Assembly (NCBI GenBank): GCA_963720825.1
Contig: CAVRGY010000017.1
Coordinates: forward strand, 454,823-518,822
Source of the DNA: an uncultured Chloroflexia bacterium
GTDB taxonomy: Bacteria > Chloroflexota > Limnocylindria > Limnocylindrales > CSP1-4
Length of the DNA stretch: 64,000 bases
Direction of reading: 5' to 3'
This document shows, in pieces, positions 18,335 to 28,491 of this stretch (its first letter is position 1; each line of letters begins with the position of its first letter). The notes under the pieces are model-generated. The model saw nothing but the letters and a program-made list of their open reading frames with translations, did no database searches and had not been told where the DNA came from. The position numbers were made by a program, and so were the translations under genes.

Positions 18335-19185
18335 CGGGCAGGCTCCGGGAAGGGCGCGACGGCGGTGGCGGGGGCGTTGACGTCGATGAGGCCGGCCGAG
18401 GCGAGCGCCGCTCGCATGGCGGCGGCGACGGGCGCCGGGTTGGTGATCGGCGACGGATGGACGAGATCGTCGAGCGTCCGGCGGGCGGCCCCAGGAATCC
18501 GCTCGGCCAGTGCACCGGCGATCGGGGCGTAGAAGGGTTCGCTCGCGCTGCCGTTGAGGATGGTGACGGGGACGGTGATCGTCGTGAGCCCGCCGGGGTC
18601 GAGGCCCGACAATCCGGCGTCGGCGAGCGCGCCGTCCCCCTGGCTCGCGAGGAACGTCCGCGACCGCGCCGGGAGGCGGCCCCAGGCATCGTCCCCGGCG
18701 ACCGCGCGCAGGAAGGTCTCGGCCGCAGCGGGTGCGCCGTTCGCCCGGTGCGCCTGCTCCACGGCCGACGCGAGCGTCGCGAACGAGTGCCGAGTCGCGT
18801 CGTCGGCGAGCGGGCCGTAGGGCGGCTCGTACGCCACGACGGCGGCGGCACGGGCCGGGTGCCGGGCGGCGACCTCGAGCGCCAGCGCGCCGCCGAAGCT
18901 CACGCCGACCAGGACGGCCCGGTCGATGCCGCGAGCGTCGAGGTACGCGACGAGATCGGCGACATGAACGGCGATGTCGAGCGGACGCGGCGGGTCCAGC
19001 CGCCCGGTACCGGTGCCGCGCCGGTCGAGCGCGTGGACCTTTACGTCCCCGGGAGCGGCCAGCGCGGCGGCGAGGCGGTCGAGCTGGGCGGCTGTCGACA
19101 GGGTGCCCGGGAGCAGGACGACCGGCAGCGCGCCGGACCCCGTGAGTCGCCAGCCGATCTCGTCGCCGCCGGGCCGTGCCAGCAC
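18331..19185 (-). CDS. Alpha/beta-fold hydrolase embedded between menE and menG
   Basis: Has a nucleophile-elbow-like GVSFGG, the oxyanion-region LLPG and a C-terminal LVHPSP. The first candidate start is GTG 19185, but the frame is open upstream and may continue from menE. See the finding on this junction. Confidence 0.75.
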   Translation of the reverse strand: MLARPGGDEIGWRLTGSGALPVVLLPGTLSTAAQLDRLAAALAAPGDVKVHALDRRGTGTGRLDPPRPLDIAVHVADLVAYLDARGIDRAVLVGVSFGGALALEVAARHPARAAAVVAYEPPYGPLADDATRHSFATLASAVEQAHRANGAPAAAETFLRAVAGDDAWGRLPARSRTFLASQGDGALADAGLSGLDPGGLTTITVPVTILNGSASEPFYAPIAGALAERIPGAARRTLDDLVHPSPITNPAPVAAAMRAALASAGLIDVNAPATAVAPFPEPAR

Positions 19186-19204
19186 CCCCGCCGGAGCGCC
19201 GGCG

Positions 19205-20689
19205 AGCAGTCGCCCGGACGGCGTCGCGGCGGAGCTTGCCGCCGGAGGTGCGGGGCAGGGTGTCCAGCCGGGTGAACGCGACCGGCACCTTGAACCCCGC
19301 GAGCAATCGGCGGCAATGGCGGTCCAGCTCGGCGTCGCCGGGGTCGTCCGTGCCCCCTCCCCGGAGCACGACGGCGGCCACGGGCACGTGACCCCACCGA
19401 TCGTCGGGGCGCGCCACGACGGCCGCATCCGCGACCGCGGGGTGGGTGAGCAGCACGGCCTCGACCTCGGCCGGGGCGATGTTCTCCCCGCCGCGGACGA
19501 TGCGGTCGACGCGGCGATCGACGACGAACAGTCGGCCGTCGGCATCGAGGCGGCCGAGGTCGCCTGTGCGCACCGGTCCGACTCGACGGGCGGCGGGCAG
19601 GGCGGCGGCACCGGGCGATCCTTTGTCCTCGCCCAGGTACCCGCTGAACCGGCTGGCGGTCTCGACCAGGATCTCCCCCACCCCGTCCGTGTCGGGGTCA
19701 TCGATCGTCACCCGGACGCCCGGCAGCGGCCGGCCGGCGCTGTCGGGATGCTCGAGCGCGTCGGCCGTCGGCAGGGCGGTTGCCCCGGACGCCGTCTCGG
19801 ACAGGCCATAGGTCGGGACGACCGGCCATCCCGCGCGGACCGCCCGGGTGACGAGCGAGGGCGGGATCGGGCCTCCGCCCAGCAGCACGGCCCGGAGCGC
19901 CGACGGGGCGGGCGAGCCGGCGGTCGCGTCGAGGAGCCGGGCCAGCTGCGCCGGCACGAGCGAGACGTGGCTCAGCGCCGGCTCCGCGTTGAGCGCGGCA
20001 AGCTGCGCACCGGGATCGCGGGCCGCGACGATCCGGATCGGAACCCGGCCACTGATCGCTCGCCACAGGACGCCGAGGCCGGCGACATGCCCCAGCCCGA
20101 GTGCCAGCTGCCAGCCGGTCGCGGGCGGCAGGCCGGCGAGCCACGCATCGGCGCTTGCGGCCATCGCGCGCCCGGACAGGACGACGCCCCGGGGCCGTCC
20201 GGTGGTCCCCGACGTCAGCACGATGACGGCCGGGGAATCCGGATCGAACGGCCCGTCGGCGAGGTCCTCGGGGCGCCCGGACAGGACGGCCTCGACCGCG
20301 AGGACCGGGTATCCGGAGCTCGAGACCGCGGCGCCGTCCCGCTCCGGTGCCACGACGAGCGCGGGCCTGAGCACGCCGAGCGCGGCGTGGAGCTCCCGGG
20401 TCACCATCCCGCCCGGGATCGGCGCCAGGATCGCGCCCGCACGCAGCACGCCGAGCATGGTCGCGATCGTGTCTGCGGACGGCTCGGCGATGACACCGAC
20501 GGTCGCTCCGGGTCGGCCACCCGCCGCCCGAACCGCGCTCTCGGCAGCCTCGCATCGCGCCTCGAGCCCGGCCCAGGTCAGCGAGCCGGATCGATCGACG
20601 ATCGCGAGCGCGCCACCCGCGGCGGCCGCGTGTGCGCGGACGAGCCGGTCCGGTGCCCACGCGCCTCCACCCGCCGTCCGATCGCCCAT
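19205..20689 (-). CDS. menE: o-Succinylbenzoate-CoA ligase. No in-frame stop is present at the expected 3' end.
   Basis: The adenylate-forming motifs LTSGTTGRPRGV, YGLSET, TGDLGRLDADG and the terminal SGGKLRRDAV are present. After about 19214 the frame becomes Arg-rich nonsense and stays open to 17561. The 5' start ATG shares 1 nt with the menC stop. Confidence 0.85.
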
Positions 20690-21810
20690 CAGACCGCCCC
20701 CACCAATTCGACCCGGAACCGTGCCAGCGCGCGCTCGTCGACCTCGACCCCGAGACCGCCCGCCGCCGAACCGCCGGGAACCCACATCCGGCCCGAATCC
20801 AGGAGCAGGCCGTCGACCAGCAGGTCGTGCTCGAGCAGCCCCGCGGTCGCCAGGCCGTGATCGGGCGCGTGCTCGAGTCGCGAGGCCGTCACCTCGGGCA
20901 GCGCCGCGGCGGCTGCGAGCCCGGCCGCGATCCCGATCCCCGTCTCGAACAGGGTGCTGATGACCACGGGCACCCCGCGATCCGCGGCGAGCTCCGCGAT
21001 CTCGGCCGCCGCGACCGGACCGCCCACGCGGGCCGGCTTGACGACCAGGACGTCGACCGCGGCCGAACCGAGCAGGATCCGCGCGGTCCGGAGCGAGGTC
21101 ACCGACTCGTCGGCGGCGATCGGTGTCGTGACCCGGCGTCGCAGCTCGGCGAGCGCCGCCTCGTCATCGCCCGCCAGCGGCTGCTCGACGTACTCGAGCC
21201 CGAACCGGCCGATCGCCTCCAGCCGGTCGGTCGCGGTCTCGAGATCCCAGGCACCGTTGACGTCCAGGCGCAGCCGCACCTCCGGACCGACCGCCTCGCG
21301 GACCGCGCGCACCCGCTCGACCAGGGCCTCGGTCTCGCGCTCGGCGCCCGCCTTGAGCTTGAACGTCGTGAACCCGGCTTCCATCCCCTGACGCGCCGCC
21401 TCGGCCGAGGCGGTCGGCCCGAGCGATGCGATGGTGGCGTTCACCCCGATGCCCGCCCCGTCGGCGCCCAGGCTCCGGGTCGTGGTCTGCTCGAGGTCGA
21501 GCCGTGCCGAATCGATCGCCGCCCTGAGCGCGCGGCCAGGCCCACCGTGACCCTCGAGCTCGATCGCGTCGGGCAGCGGGTCGCCGCGGCCGATCGACGC
21601 CGCCTCGCGAACCAGGTGATCGAGGACGGTCGACGCGGTCTCGCCGTCGGCAGGCTCGAGCACCGCCTCGCCCACGCCGGTCCGCCCGTCGGCATCGAAC
21701 AGCCGGATGATCCATGCCTCGCGCGTCGTCCACATCCCGGCGGCGGTGACGAACGGGCGGCGAAACGGGACGCGAACCTTGTCCGCACGGATCGACACGA
21801 TCGTGGTCAA
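20689..21810 (-). CDS. menC: o-Succinylbenzoate synthase (enolase superfamily)
   Basis: 373 aa with the enolase-superfamily metal ligands in LDVNGAW, EYVEQP and ADES, and the KxK-like FKLKAG. The TTG start at 21810 overlaps the menA stop (TTGA). Confidence 0.85.
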   Translation of the reverse strand: MTTIVSIRADKVRVPFRRPFVTAAGMWTTREAWIIRLFDADGRTGVGEAVLEPADGETASTVLDHLVREAASIGRGDPLPDAIELEGHGGPGRALRAAIDSARLDLEQTTTRSLGADGAGIGVNATIASLGPTASAEAARQGMEAGFTTFKLKAGAERETEALVERVRAVREAVGPEVRLRLDVNGAWDLETATDRLEAIGRFGLEYVEQPLAGDDEAALAELRRRVTTPIAADESVTSLRTARILLGSAAVDVLVVKPARVGGPVAAAEIAELAADRGVPVVISTLFETGIGIAAGLAAAAALPEVTASRLEHAPDHGLATAGLLEHDLLVDGLLLDSGRMWVPGGSAAGGLGVEVDERALARFRVELVGAV

Positions 21811-22787
21811 CTGGCCGCGCCCCCGGCCATTGACCCCGCGATCGCCAGCCCCAGCGCGAACAGCAGCGAGAACACGAGCGACAGCCTGGCGGTCCCCTTG
21901 AGCACGAGGTTGAGCTCGCGCGGCTCGCGGAACCCGCGGACCACGCCCAGCAGGGGCCGGGCCATCGGCAGCGTGACCAGTGGCAGGAGCATGAACGGGG
22001 CAAGCGGGACGGACCGCCCCGACGGCCCGGCGCCGATCAGCCACAGCGCGACCAGGAGGGCCGGAACGACGTAGGCGATCGTGAGCAGGCCCGCGTACTC
22101 CGCCTTCGTCGCGCGCGCGCCCAGGACCACCGCGAGCGTCCGCTTGCCGGCCGCCGCGTCGGTCGGGATGTCGCGCAGGTTGTTGACCACCAGGATCGCC
22201 GTGATCAGCGCCCCCGGAGGGATGGCCGCAGCCACGAACACGGGGTCGAGCCGGAGCGCCTGGAGATACGCGGTGCCGATGACCGAGACGAGCCCGAAGA
22301 ACACGAACACGAACACCTCGCCCAGCGCGCGATAGCCGTACGGCCAGGGTCCGCCCGTGTAGGCCAGCGCGGCGACGACCGCCAGCACCCCCAGCCCGAT
22401 CAGCACCGGGCCGCCGACGACCGCGAGCCACAGGCCGACCAGCCCGGCGATGCCGATGACGATCGCGATCGCGACCTCGAGCTGGCGCTCGGTGACCAGG
22501 CCCGACGCCGCGACCCGGACGGGGCCCGTGCGGTCCGGCGTGTCGGCGCCGCGGCGGAAGTCGGACAGGTCGTTGGCGAAGTTGGCCAGGACCTGGAGCA
22601 GGAGCCCGACGGCCACGCACCCGAGCGCCGTGTCGAGGCGGAACCCGGCGCCCGCCGCCAGCGCCGCGCCGATGCCCACCGCGACACCGGCCAGCGCGGC
22701 GGGCAGCGTCGCCGGACGCGCGGCGAGGACCCAGATCCGGAGCGCCGACGGTCGCGGGGCCGTGGCCGCCGGCGAGGCGTCCGTCAT
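21807..22787 (-). CDS. menA: 1,4-dihydroxy-2-naphthoate polyprenyltransferase
   Basis: 326 aa polytopic UbiA-family protein with NDLSDFRRGAD and NNLRDIPTD Asp-rich motifs. Confidence 0.9.
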   Translation of the reverse strand: MTDASPAATAPRPSALRIWVLAARPATLPAALAGVAVGIGAALAAGAGFRLDTALGCVAVGLLLQVLANFANDLSDFRRGADTPDRTGPVRVAASGLVTERQLEVAIAIVIGIAGLVGLWLAVVGGPVLIGLGVLAVVAALAYTGGPWPYGYRALGEVFVFVFFGLVSVIGTAYLQALRLDPVFVAAAIPPGALITAILVVNNLRDIPTDAAAGKRTLAVVLGARATKAEYAGLLTIAYVVPALLVALWLIGAGPSGRSVPLAPFMLLPLVTLPMARPLLGVVRGFREPRELNLVLKGTARLSLVFSLLFALGLAIAGSMAGGAAS

Positions 22788-23617
22788 CAGGGCCGCCGCG
22801 GATACTTGCGGTAGTCGGCGGGCTGCTTGGCCAGGAAGGCGCGCGAGCCCTCGTGCGCCTCGTCGGTCGTGTAGTACAGGCCGGTCGCGTTGCCCGCGAA
22901 CTCCTGCAGCCCGGCCAGCCCGTCGGTCGCGACGAGGAACGCCGACTTGAGGAACCGGATCGCCGTCGGGCTCATCGCCAGGATCTCGTCGGCCCATCGG
23001 ACGCCCTCGGCTTCGAGCTCGGCCAGCGGCACCACCGTGTTGACGAGATTCATCGCCAACGCCTCTTCCGCCGTGTACTGGCGGCACAGGAACCAGATCT
23101 CCTTGGCCTTCTTGTCGCCCACCAGCCGCGCCAGCAGGCCGACACCGAAGCCGGCGTCGAAGCTCCCCACCCGGGGCCCGACCTGGCCGAAGATCGCGTT
23201 GTCGCTCGCGATCGACAGGTCGCACACGACGTGCAGGACGTGCCCGCCGCCGATGGCGTACCCGTTGACGAGCGCGATCACGGGCACGGGCAGGGAGCGG
23301 ATCTGGCGCTGGAGATCGAGCACGTTGAGGCGGGCGATGCCGTCCTCGCCGACGTAGCCACCGGCCGGGCTCTTGTACTTCTGGTCACCACCCGAGCAGA
23401 ACGCCTTGTCGCCTTCCCCGGTCAGCAGGACGCAGCCGATGGATGCGTCGTCGCGGATCCGCGCGAACGCGTCGATCAGCTCCTGGACCGTCCGCGGTCG
23501 GAAGGCGTTGTGGACCTCGGGCCGGTTGATGGTCACCTTCGCGATCCCGGTGCCCGAGTGCTCGTACCGGATGTCGCGGTACTCCGTGGCGGGCGTCCAG
23601 GTGACGGGCGTGGTCAT
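22787..23617 (-). CDS. menB: 1,4-dihydroxy-2-naphthoyl-CoA synthase
   Basis: 276 aa crotonase fold with diagnostic MenB stretches: [33 protein letters not shown] and GSFDAG. Confidence 0.95.
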   Translation of the reverse strand: MTTPVTWTPATEYRDIRYEHSGTGIAKVTINRPEVHNAFRPRTVQELIDAFARIRDDASIGCVLLTGEGDKAFCSGGDQKYKSPAGGYVGEDGIARLNVLDLQRQIRSLPVPVIALVNGYAIGGGHVLHVVCDLSIASDNAIFGQVGPRVGSFDAGFGVGLLARLVGDKKAKEIWFLCRQYTAEEALAMNLVNTVVPLAELEAEGVRWADEILAMSPTAIRFLKSAFLVATDGLAGLQEFAGNATGLYYTTDEAHEGSRAFLAKQPADYRKYPRRP

Positions 23618-24432
23618 GCGGCGGGAACCTCCTTCAGGAACTCGAGGGCGAGACGGCGGAAGCGGAGCGGTTGCTCGAGGTGCGGCGTGTGACCGGCGCC
23701 ATCGATGACCACGAGCCGGGCCCCGGGGATCGCCCGCGCGACCTGCTCGGCGCGCGGCAGGCCGCGGTCGTCGAGCGAGCCGGCAATGACGAGCGTCGGG
23801 GCGGGCACGGTCGCGAGCCGGTCGAGCAGTGGCTCCATCGAGCCCTGGCCGGCGCCACGAAGGCTGGCGGCGAGGCCGATCGGGTCGTTGGCGAGACGGA
23901 TCGCCCGCTGCCGGGCGACGACCGCCGGCGCGAGCGCCGCATGGGACGCGAACACCGGGCTGCGTTCCCAGGCGGTGACGAAGTCCGCGGTGCCCTCCTG
24001 CTCGAGGCGATCCGCGAGGGCATCGTCGGCGGCGCGACGGGCGATCCGTTCCGCGGCGTCCGTGATCCCCGCGGTCGGGCTCTCGAGGATGAGCCGACGC
24101 ACGAACGCCGGATGCGCGACCGCGAGGCGGAGCGCCAGCCGGGCGCCCATCGAGTAGCCAAGGACGTGGGCCGGGGCGGCGTCGAGCCGGCGGAGCAACG
24201 ACGCGAGGTCGTCCGCCATGCGCTCGATGCCCAGCCGGGCCGGCTCTGCGATCCCCGACCGGCCGTGGCCGGGCAGGTCCACGACGATCACGCGGAACTG
24301 CCGCGCGAATGCGGTCGCATGGGCGCCCCACGACGTCCCGCGGCCGGTGAACCCGTGGAGCAGGAGCAGCGGTTCTCCGGCGCCCCGCGTCCGCGCCTCC
24401 CAGCGCAGATCGTCGATGACGATCGCGCTCAT
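23614..24432 (-). CDS. menH: SHCHC synthase (alpha/beta hydrolase MenH)
   Basis: 272 aa with LLLLHGFTG, the nucleophile elbow GYSMGA and the C-terminal GHTPHLEQP. The identity is supported by its position between menD and menB. Confidence 0.85.
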   Translation of the reverse strand: MSAIVIDDLRWEARTRGAGEPLLLLHGFTGRGTSWGAHATAFARQFRVIVVDLPGHGRSGIAEPARLGIERMADDLASLLRRLDAAPAHVLGYSMGARLALRLAVAHPAFVRRLILESPTAGITDAAERIARRAADDALADRLEQEGTADFVTAWERSPVFASHAALAPAVVARQRAIRLANDPIGLAASLRGAGQGSMEPLLDRLATVPAPTLVIAGSLDDRGLPRAEQVARAIPGARLVVIDGAGHTPHLEQPLRFRRLALEFLKEVPAA

Positions 24433-26198
24433 GCGCCCACCAGCCGCGCCAGCGCCGACGCCACGAGGGCGGCGACCTCGCCGTGAAGCTCGACGTTGCG
24501 CACCCGGTCCGTGCGCAGCTCGAGGACCTGGACACCCGGTTGGCCGAGCGATGCCGCGATCTCCGGGCCAAGCGTCGCGACGTCCACGCGACGATGCTCG
24601 CCGCCGAGCGCGGTCACGATCGGGCCCACATCGATCCCGTGCGGCGTCCCGAACAGCTCCTCGTAGTGCTCGGGGAGGCCGGCATCGGGGAGGTCGGCGG
24701 ACGCCTGGGGCAGGAACGAGAAGATCCCGCCGCCGTCGTTGTTGACCAGCACGACCGTCGCCGATAGGCCGTGGAGCCGCGCCGCGACCAGCGCGTTGAG
24801 GTCGTGGAGGAACGACAGGTCGCCGACCACCAGCGCGACCGGTCCACCGCCGGCATCGGCCGCGGCCGCCGCCGACCCCAGCGCGGCGGACACCACGCCG
24901 TCGATCCCGTTGGCGCCGCGGTTCGACCGGACGGTGATCGCCCGGTCGGTCGAGGGCAGCCAGCCATCCAGGTCGCGGACGGGCATGGAGTTGCCGGCCC
25001 ACAGCACGCCGCCGTCGGCAAGCGCGGCCGCAAGCGCGGGAAACGGGGCACCCTCGAACGGCTCGTCGAGCGCGGCCAGCCAGGCATCCATGGCCTCGCT
25101 CGCGGCGTCGTCGGCGATCCGCCAGTCGGAGCCCCATTCGGTATCGCCGGCCCACCCGCCCCCGAGTCGGGCGGTCAGGACCCTGGCCGTGGCCGCCGGG
25201 TCCGCGTGCACGAACGTCGCCGGCAGCAGCGCGGATTCGCGCCAGCCGTCGTCTCCGTCGAGGACGATCAGGTCCGGTCGCGTGCGCTCCAGGAGCTGGA
25301 CGATGGGCTTGGAGGTGGGCATGGCCCCGGTACGGATGACCATGTCCGGCACATGGGCGGCGATCCACGGACCGGGCCGGCACAGCTGGTCGCCGCGGGC
25401 GATCACCATCATCCGATCGTGCGGGCCGGCGCGCAGACCGGACAGCGGGTCGGCGAGGATCGGAAAGCCGGTCGCATCGGCGAGTGCCGCCAGCGCCGCG
25501 GGCAGATCAGGGTCGTCGTCCGGGCCGGCCAGGATGAGGCCGCGTCCCGCGACGCCGATCCGTCCGGCCAGGCGGTCGACGGCATCGCTGCCCAGGGTGC
25601 GCCTCCCGGTCACGACCGACGTGAATGCAACGGCCGGCGCCCTCGACTGGTCGCCCGTCAGCCGTCCGTCGGGCAGCAGCGGCTCGCGGAACGGGACGTT
25701 GACCTGGACCGGACCCGCGGGTCCCGCCGCAGCCGTGGCGACCGCACGGCCGGCAACGGACCGCACGTGGGCAGCGGTCGCCGGATCGTCATCGAGCAGC
25801 GGCAGCTCCGCGTACCACTTGGCTGCGCGGCCGTAGAGGTGGCCCTGGTCGATCGTCTGCGGGGCGCCCCGGTCGCGGAGCTCGGCGGGCCGGTCGGCGG
25901 TGAGGACGACCAGCGGCACCCGTGACAGCCGGGCCTCGACGACCGCCGGCGAGAACTCGACCGTCGCGGTGCCCGACGTCGCCAGCAGCACGACCGGCCG
26001 CCGCGACGTCCGCGCCATGCCCAGCGCGAAGTACCCGGCCGCGCGCTCATCCAGCAACACCCGAACACGAAGCCCGGGCGTCGCGCGGAGTGCAAGCGCC
26101 AGCGGCGCCGATCGCGAACCGGGGCAGATCACGGCATCGCGGACCCCCGCCGCGACCAGCTCGGCCGCGAACGCCCGCAGCAGGGCGGCGTTGCTCAC
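24429..26198 (-). CDS. menD: SEPHCHC synthase (ThDP-dependent)
   Basis: 589 aa from GTG ([10 protein letters not shown]) with [10 protein letters not shown], the TADRP motif and the ThDP motif GDLSFLHD...[12 protein letters not shown] overlap with menF. Confidence 0.9.
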   Translation of the reverse strand: MSNAALLRAFAAELVAAGVRDAVICPGSRSAPLALALRATPGLRVRVLLDERAAGYFALGMARTSRRPVVLLATSGTATVEFSPAVVEARLSRVPLVVLTADRPAELRDRGAPQTIDQGHLYGRAAKWYAELPLLDDDPATAAHVRSVAGRAVATAAAGPAGPVQVNVPFREPLLPDGRLTGDQSRAPAVAFTSVVTGRRTLGSDAVDRLAGRIGVAGRGLILAGPDDDPDLPAALAALADATGFPILADPLSGLRAGPHDRMMVIARGDQLCRPGPWIAAHVPDMVIRTGAMPTSKPIVQLLERTRPDLIVLDGDDGWRESALLPATFVHADPAATARVLTARLGGGWAGDTEWGSDWRIADDAASEAMDAWLAALDEPFEGAPFPALAAALADGGVLWAGNSMPVRDLDGWLPSTDRAITVRSNRGANGIDGVVSAALGSAAAAADAGGGPVALVVGDLSFLHDLNALVAARLHGLSATVVLVNNDGGGIFSFLPQASADLPDAGLPEHYEELFGTPHGIDVGPIVTALGGEHRRVDVATLGPEIAASLGQPGVQVLELRTDRVRNVELHGEVAALVASALARLVGA

Positions 26199-27668
26199 AG
26201 CGACTCCCCGGGGATCCCCAGCGCCGAGACGACGGCCCGCAGCTTGATCCGGGACTCCTCCCACTCCTGGTCCGGGTCGGAGTCCGCCACGATGCCGCAC
26301 CCGGCGAACAGCGTGGCCCGCGTCCTGTCCACGATCCCGCACCGGAGCGCCACGCACAGCTCGCCGTCCCCGTCCGCGCCGATCCAGCCCACCGGACCCG
26401 CGTACCAGCCGCGATCGAACCCCTCGTGCTCGTCCAGCAGGCCGAGCGCGAGCTCGCGCGGCGCGCCGCCGACGGCCGGCGTCGGATGCAGCAGCCCGGC
26501 CAGCGACAGCAGGCCGTGGGCCTCGGGCAGCGTGCCCGTGATCTCGGTCACCAGGTGCTGGACGAACCGCAGGGTCATGATCGACGGGCCCGCGGCGACC
26601 TCGAGCGTGTCCGCGATCGGTGCCAGCTGCTCGCGGATCGTCGCGACCACGATCGCCTGCTCCTCGCGGTTCTTCTCGGACGCGAGCAGCTCGGCCGCGA
26701 GCGCGGCATCCTCGTCCGCGTCCGCCCCCCTGCGGATCGTGCCGGCGACCGCGACCGTCCGGAACTGGCGGCCCTCGGACCGGACGAGGCGCTCCGGGGT
26801 GGCGCCCAGGAATGTCCGGCCGTCCCGGCGAAACGCGTAGGTCGTGCTCTCGGGCGCGCTCGCGGCAAGGCGGCGGAGCGCGTTGGCAACGTCCAGCTCC
26901 ACCGGGGAGCGCAGGTCGACGCGTCTTGCGAGGACGACCTTGTCCAGCCGACCGCGGCCGACGGCGCCTGCGAACGAGCCGACCAGGCGGCGCCACGCGT
27001 CATGCGACGGCTGCTCGCCGGCGATCGTGAGCGGCGCGAACACCGGTCGGGCGATCATCCCGCTCCGGCCCGGGTCGATGTCGCGGGCGCGATCCACGAG
27101 ACGCTCCCACTGGCGCTCGAGCGCCCGGGCATCGGCCGGACCGGCGTCGGCGCGCGACCACCGATGCCGTCACATGGCTGCCATCGGGTCCGGCCGCGAG
27201 CAGGAGCGACGGGAGGACCATCGATGACGGCCCGAACGGGCCCCACGCGTCCTCAGGATCCGGGCGCCGTCCCGAGAACCCGAGCCCACCCAGGAGCATC
27301 GGCGCACCCGCGCGCGCGCCCGCAATTCCATCGATCAGCGCACCCTCGAGCAGCCCGCGCCACGCAGCCTCCGCCTCGACAAAGCGAGACGGCCCGTCCG
27401 CCTCGACGGCCCAGGCCCGCCCGATGCCCACGAGTGCGGTTCCCTCGACCGGGCGCAGCCACAGGGCAGCCTCGAGATCCGCCTCGATGGCCGCCGCGAA
27501 CAGCGAGATCGGGTCGACGGCCGCGGCCGGAACCGTGGTCGCCGAGAGCGCCGGGCTCGCGTCCGCCGACCGTTCACTTCGTTCGAACAGCGCGGCCAGA
27601 CCCTCGCCGATGCTCGCCCCGAGTACCGCCTCGGCTGGCGCTCCCGGTCCCGGTCGAAGCGTGGTCAT
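26195..27668 (-). pseudogene. menF: Isochorismate synthase, split across two frames near 27125-27170
   Basis: The N-terminal part is in the frame of track ORF 27000..27815, starting at MTTLRPGPG (27668). The chorismate-binding C-terminal part is in track ORF 26195..27097 (LGATPERL, GWYAGPVGW, ALRC). The coding sequence PADARALERQWERLVDRARD continues in the second frame upstream of its listed start. Confidence 0.85.
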
Positions 27669-28327
27669 CGCGCCTTCTCCGGGAACTCGCGGCCCGCCGT
27701 CGGCATCGGCGCCGGGCCGATCCGTTCCTCGGATACGCCGACGCTGCGCAGCAGGACCGCCCGCAGGGCGGGGTACGCATCCTCGAGCGGGCTCGGCTGG
27801 TCGGCGAGCAGCCACCGCGCGACCAGCTCGTTGAGGGCGCCGAACCAGGCGATGCTCGTGACCCGGGTGTCGATGGGCGGGATCGCGCCTGCCGCGACCG
27901 CGTCATCGAGATACCCCTGGATCAGGCGGCTGAACCGGTCGTGGAGCGCGTTCGTCTCGGACTGGAACACGCGCCCGGCTCCGATCGTGTCCAGGAACAG
28001 CAGGCGCGCCATGGTCCGGTGACCGGAGAACGTCGTCAGCACCGCGCGCAGGGCGGCCTCGGCCCGCGCGACCGGCTCTGTCTCGAGCTCGACCGCCCGC
28101 TCGACACGTGCCACCAGCTTGTCGGCGGTCGTCTGCATCAGCTCGCGGAAGATCGCCTCCTTGGTCGGGAAGTGGAAGTACACCCCGCCCTTGGACGTCT
28201 CCGAGGCGCCGGCGATCTCGTCCATCGCCGTGTCTCGGTAGCCGCGCGTCGAGAACGCGTGGAACGCGGCGTCGAGGATCCGCTCCCGCCGGCTGCGGCT
28301 CTGCTCGGTTGGATCCGTCCTGGTCAT
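27665..28327 (-). CDS. TetR/AcrR-family transcriptional regulator, first gene of the men operon
   Basis: 220 aa from MTRTDPTEQ with the N-terminal TetR HTH (ILDAAFHAFSTRGYRDTAMDEIAGASETSKGGVYFHF). ATGA overlap with the menF start. Confidence 0.85.
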   Translation of the reverse strand: MTRTDPTEQSRSRRERILDAAFHAFSTRGYRDTAMDEIAGASETSKGGVYFHFPTKEAIFRELMQTTADKLVARVERAVELETEPVARAEAALRAVLTTFSGHRTMARLLFLDTIGAGRVFQSETNALHDRFSRLIQGYLDDAVAAGAIPPIDTRVTSIAWFGALNELVARWLLADQPSPLEDAYPALRAVLLRSVGVSEERIGPAPMPTAGREFPEKAR

Positions 28328-28361
28328 GCGATCAACGTGTCCGCTCGCATCAATTCTGGGG

Positions 28362-28381
28362 CCGACCGACCGGTCGGTCGG
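28362..28381. promoter_or_regulatory. Perfect 20-bp palindrome in the tetR / XRE-gene divergent intergenic region. Candidate operator.
   Basis: CCGACCGACCGGTCGGTCGG lies 35 nt upstream of the tetR start codon. It is the only long perfect inverted repeat in the 164-nt intergenic region. Confidence 0.45.
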
Positions 28382-28491
28382 TGCCGCCTCATCGTATCGA
28401 CACAAACTTGGTACTGTCAACGCGCACGTTGCATCGGAGCTGCCCAGGCCGGAGTGAGCCGGCGGTGAGCGCCGTCGGCCATCGTGCGCAG

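Noticed and set aside
17561-20785. A single 1074-aa minus-strand ORF that looks like a giant MenE-X-MenG fusion.
   Set aside because: The middle ~320 residues are Arg-rich nonsense, while a clean alpha/beta hydrolase is encoded in the neighbouring frame over the same nucleotides. MenG has its own ATG in an ATGA overlap. The long ORF exists only because the menE frame lacks a stop.
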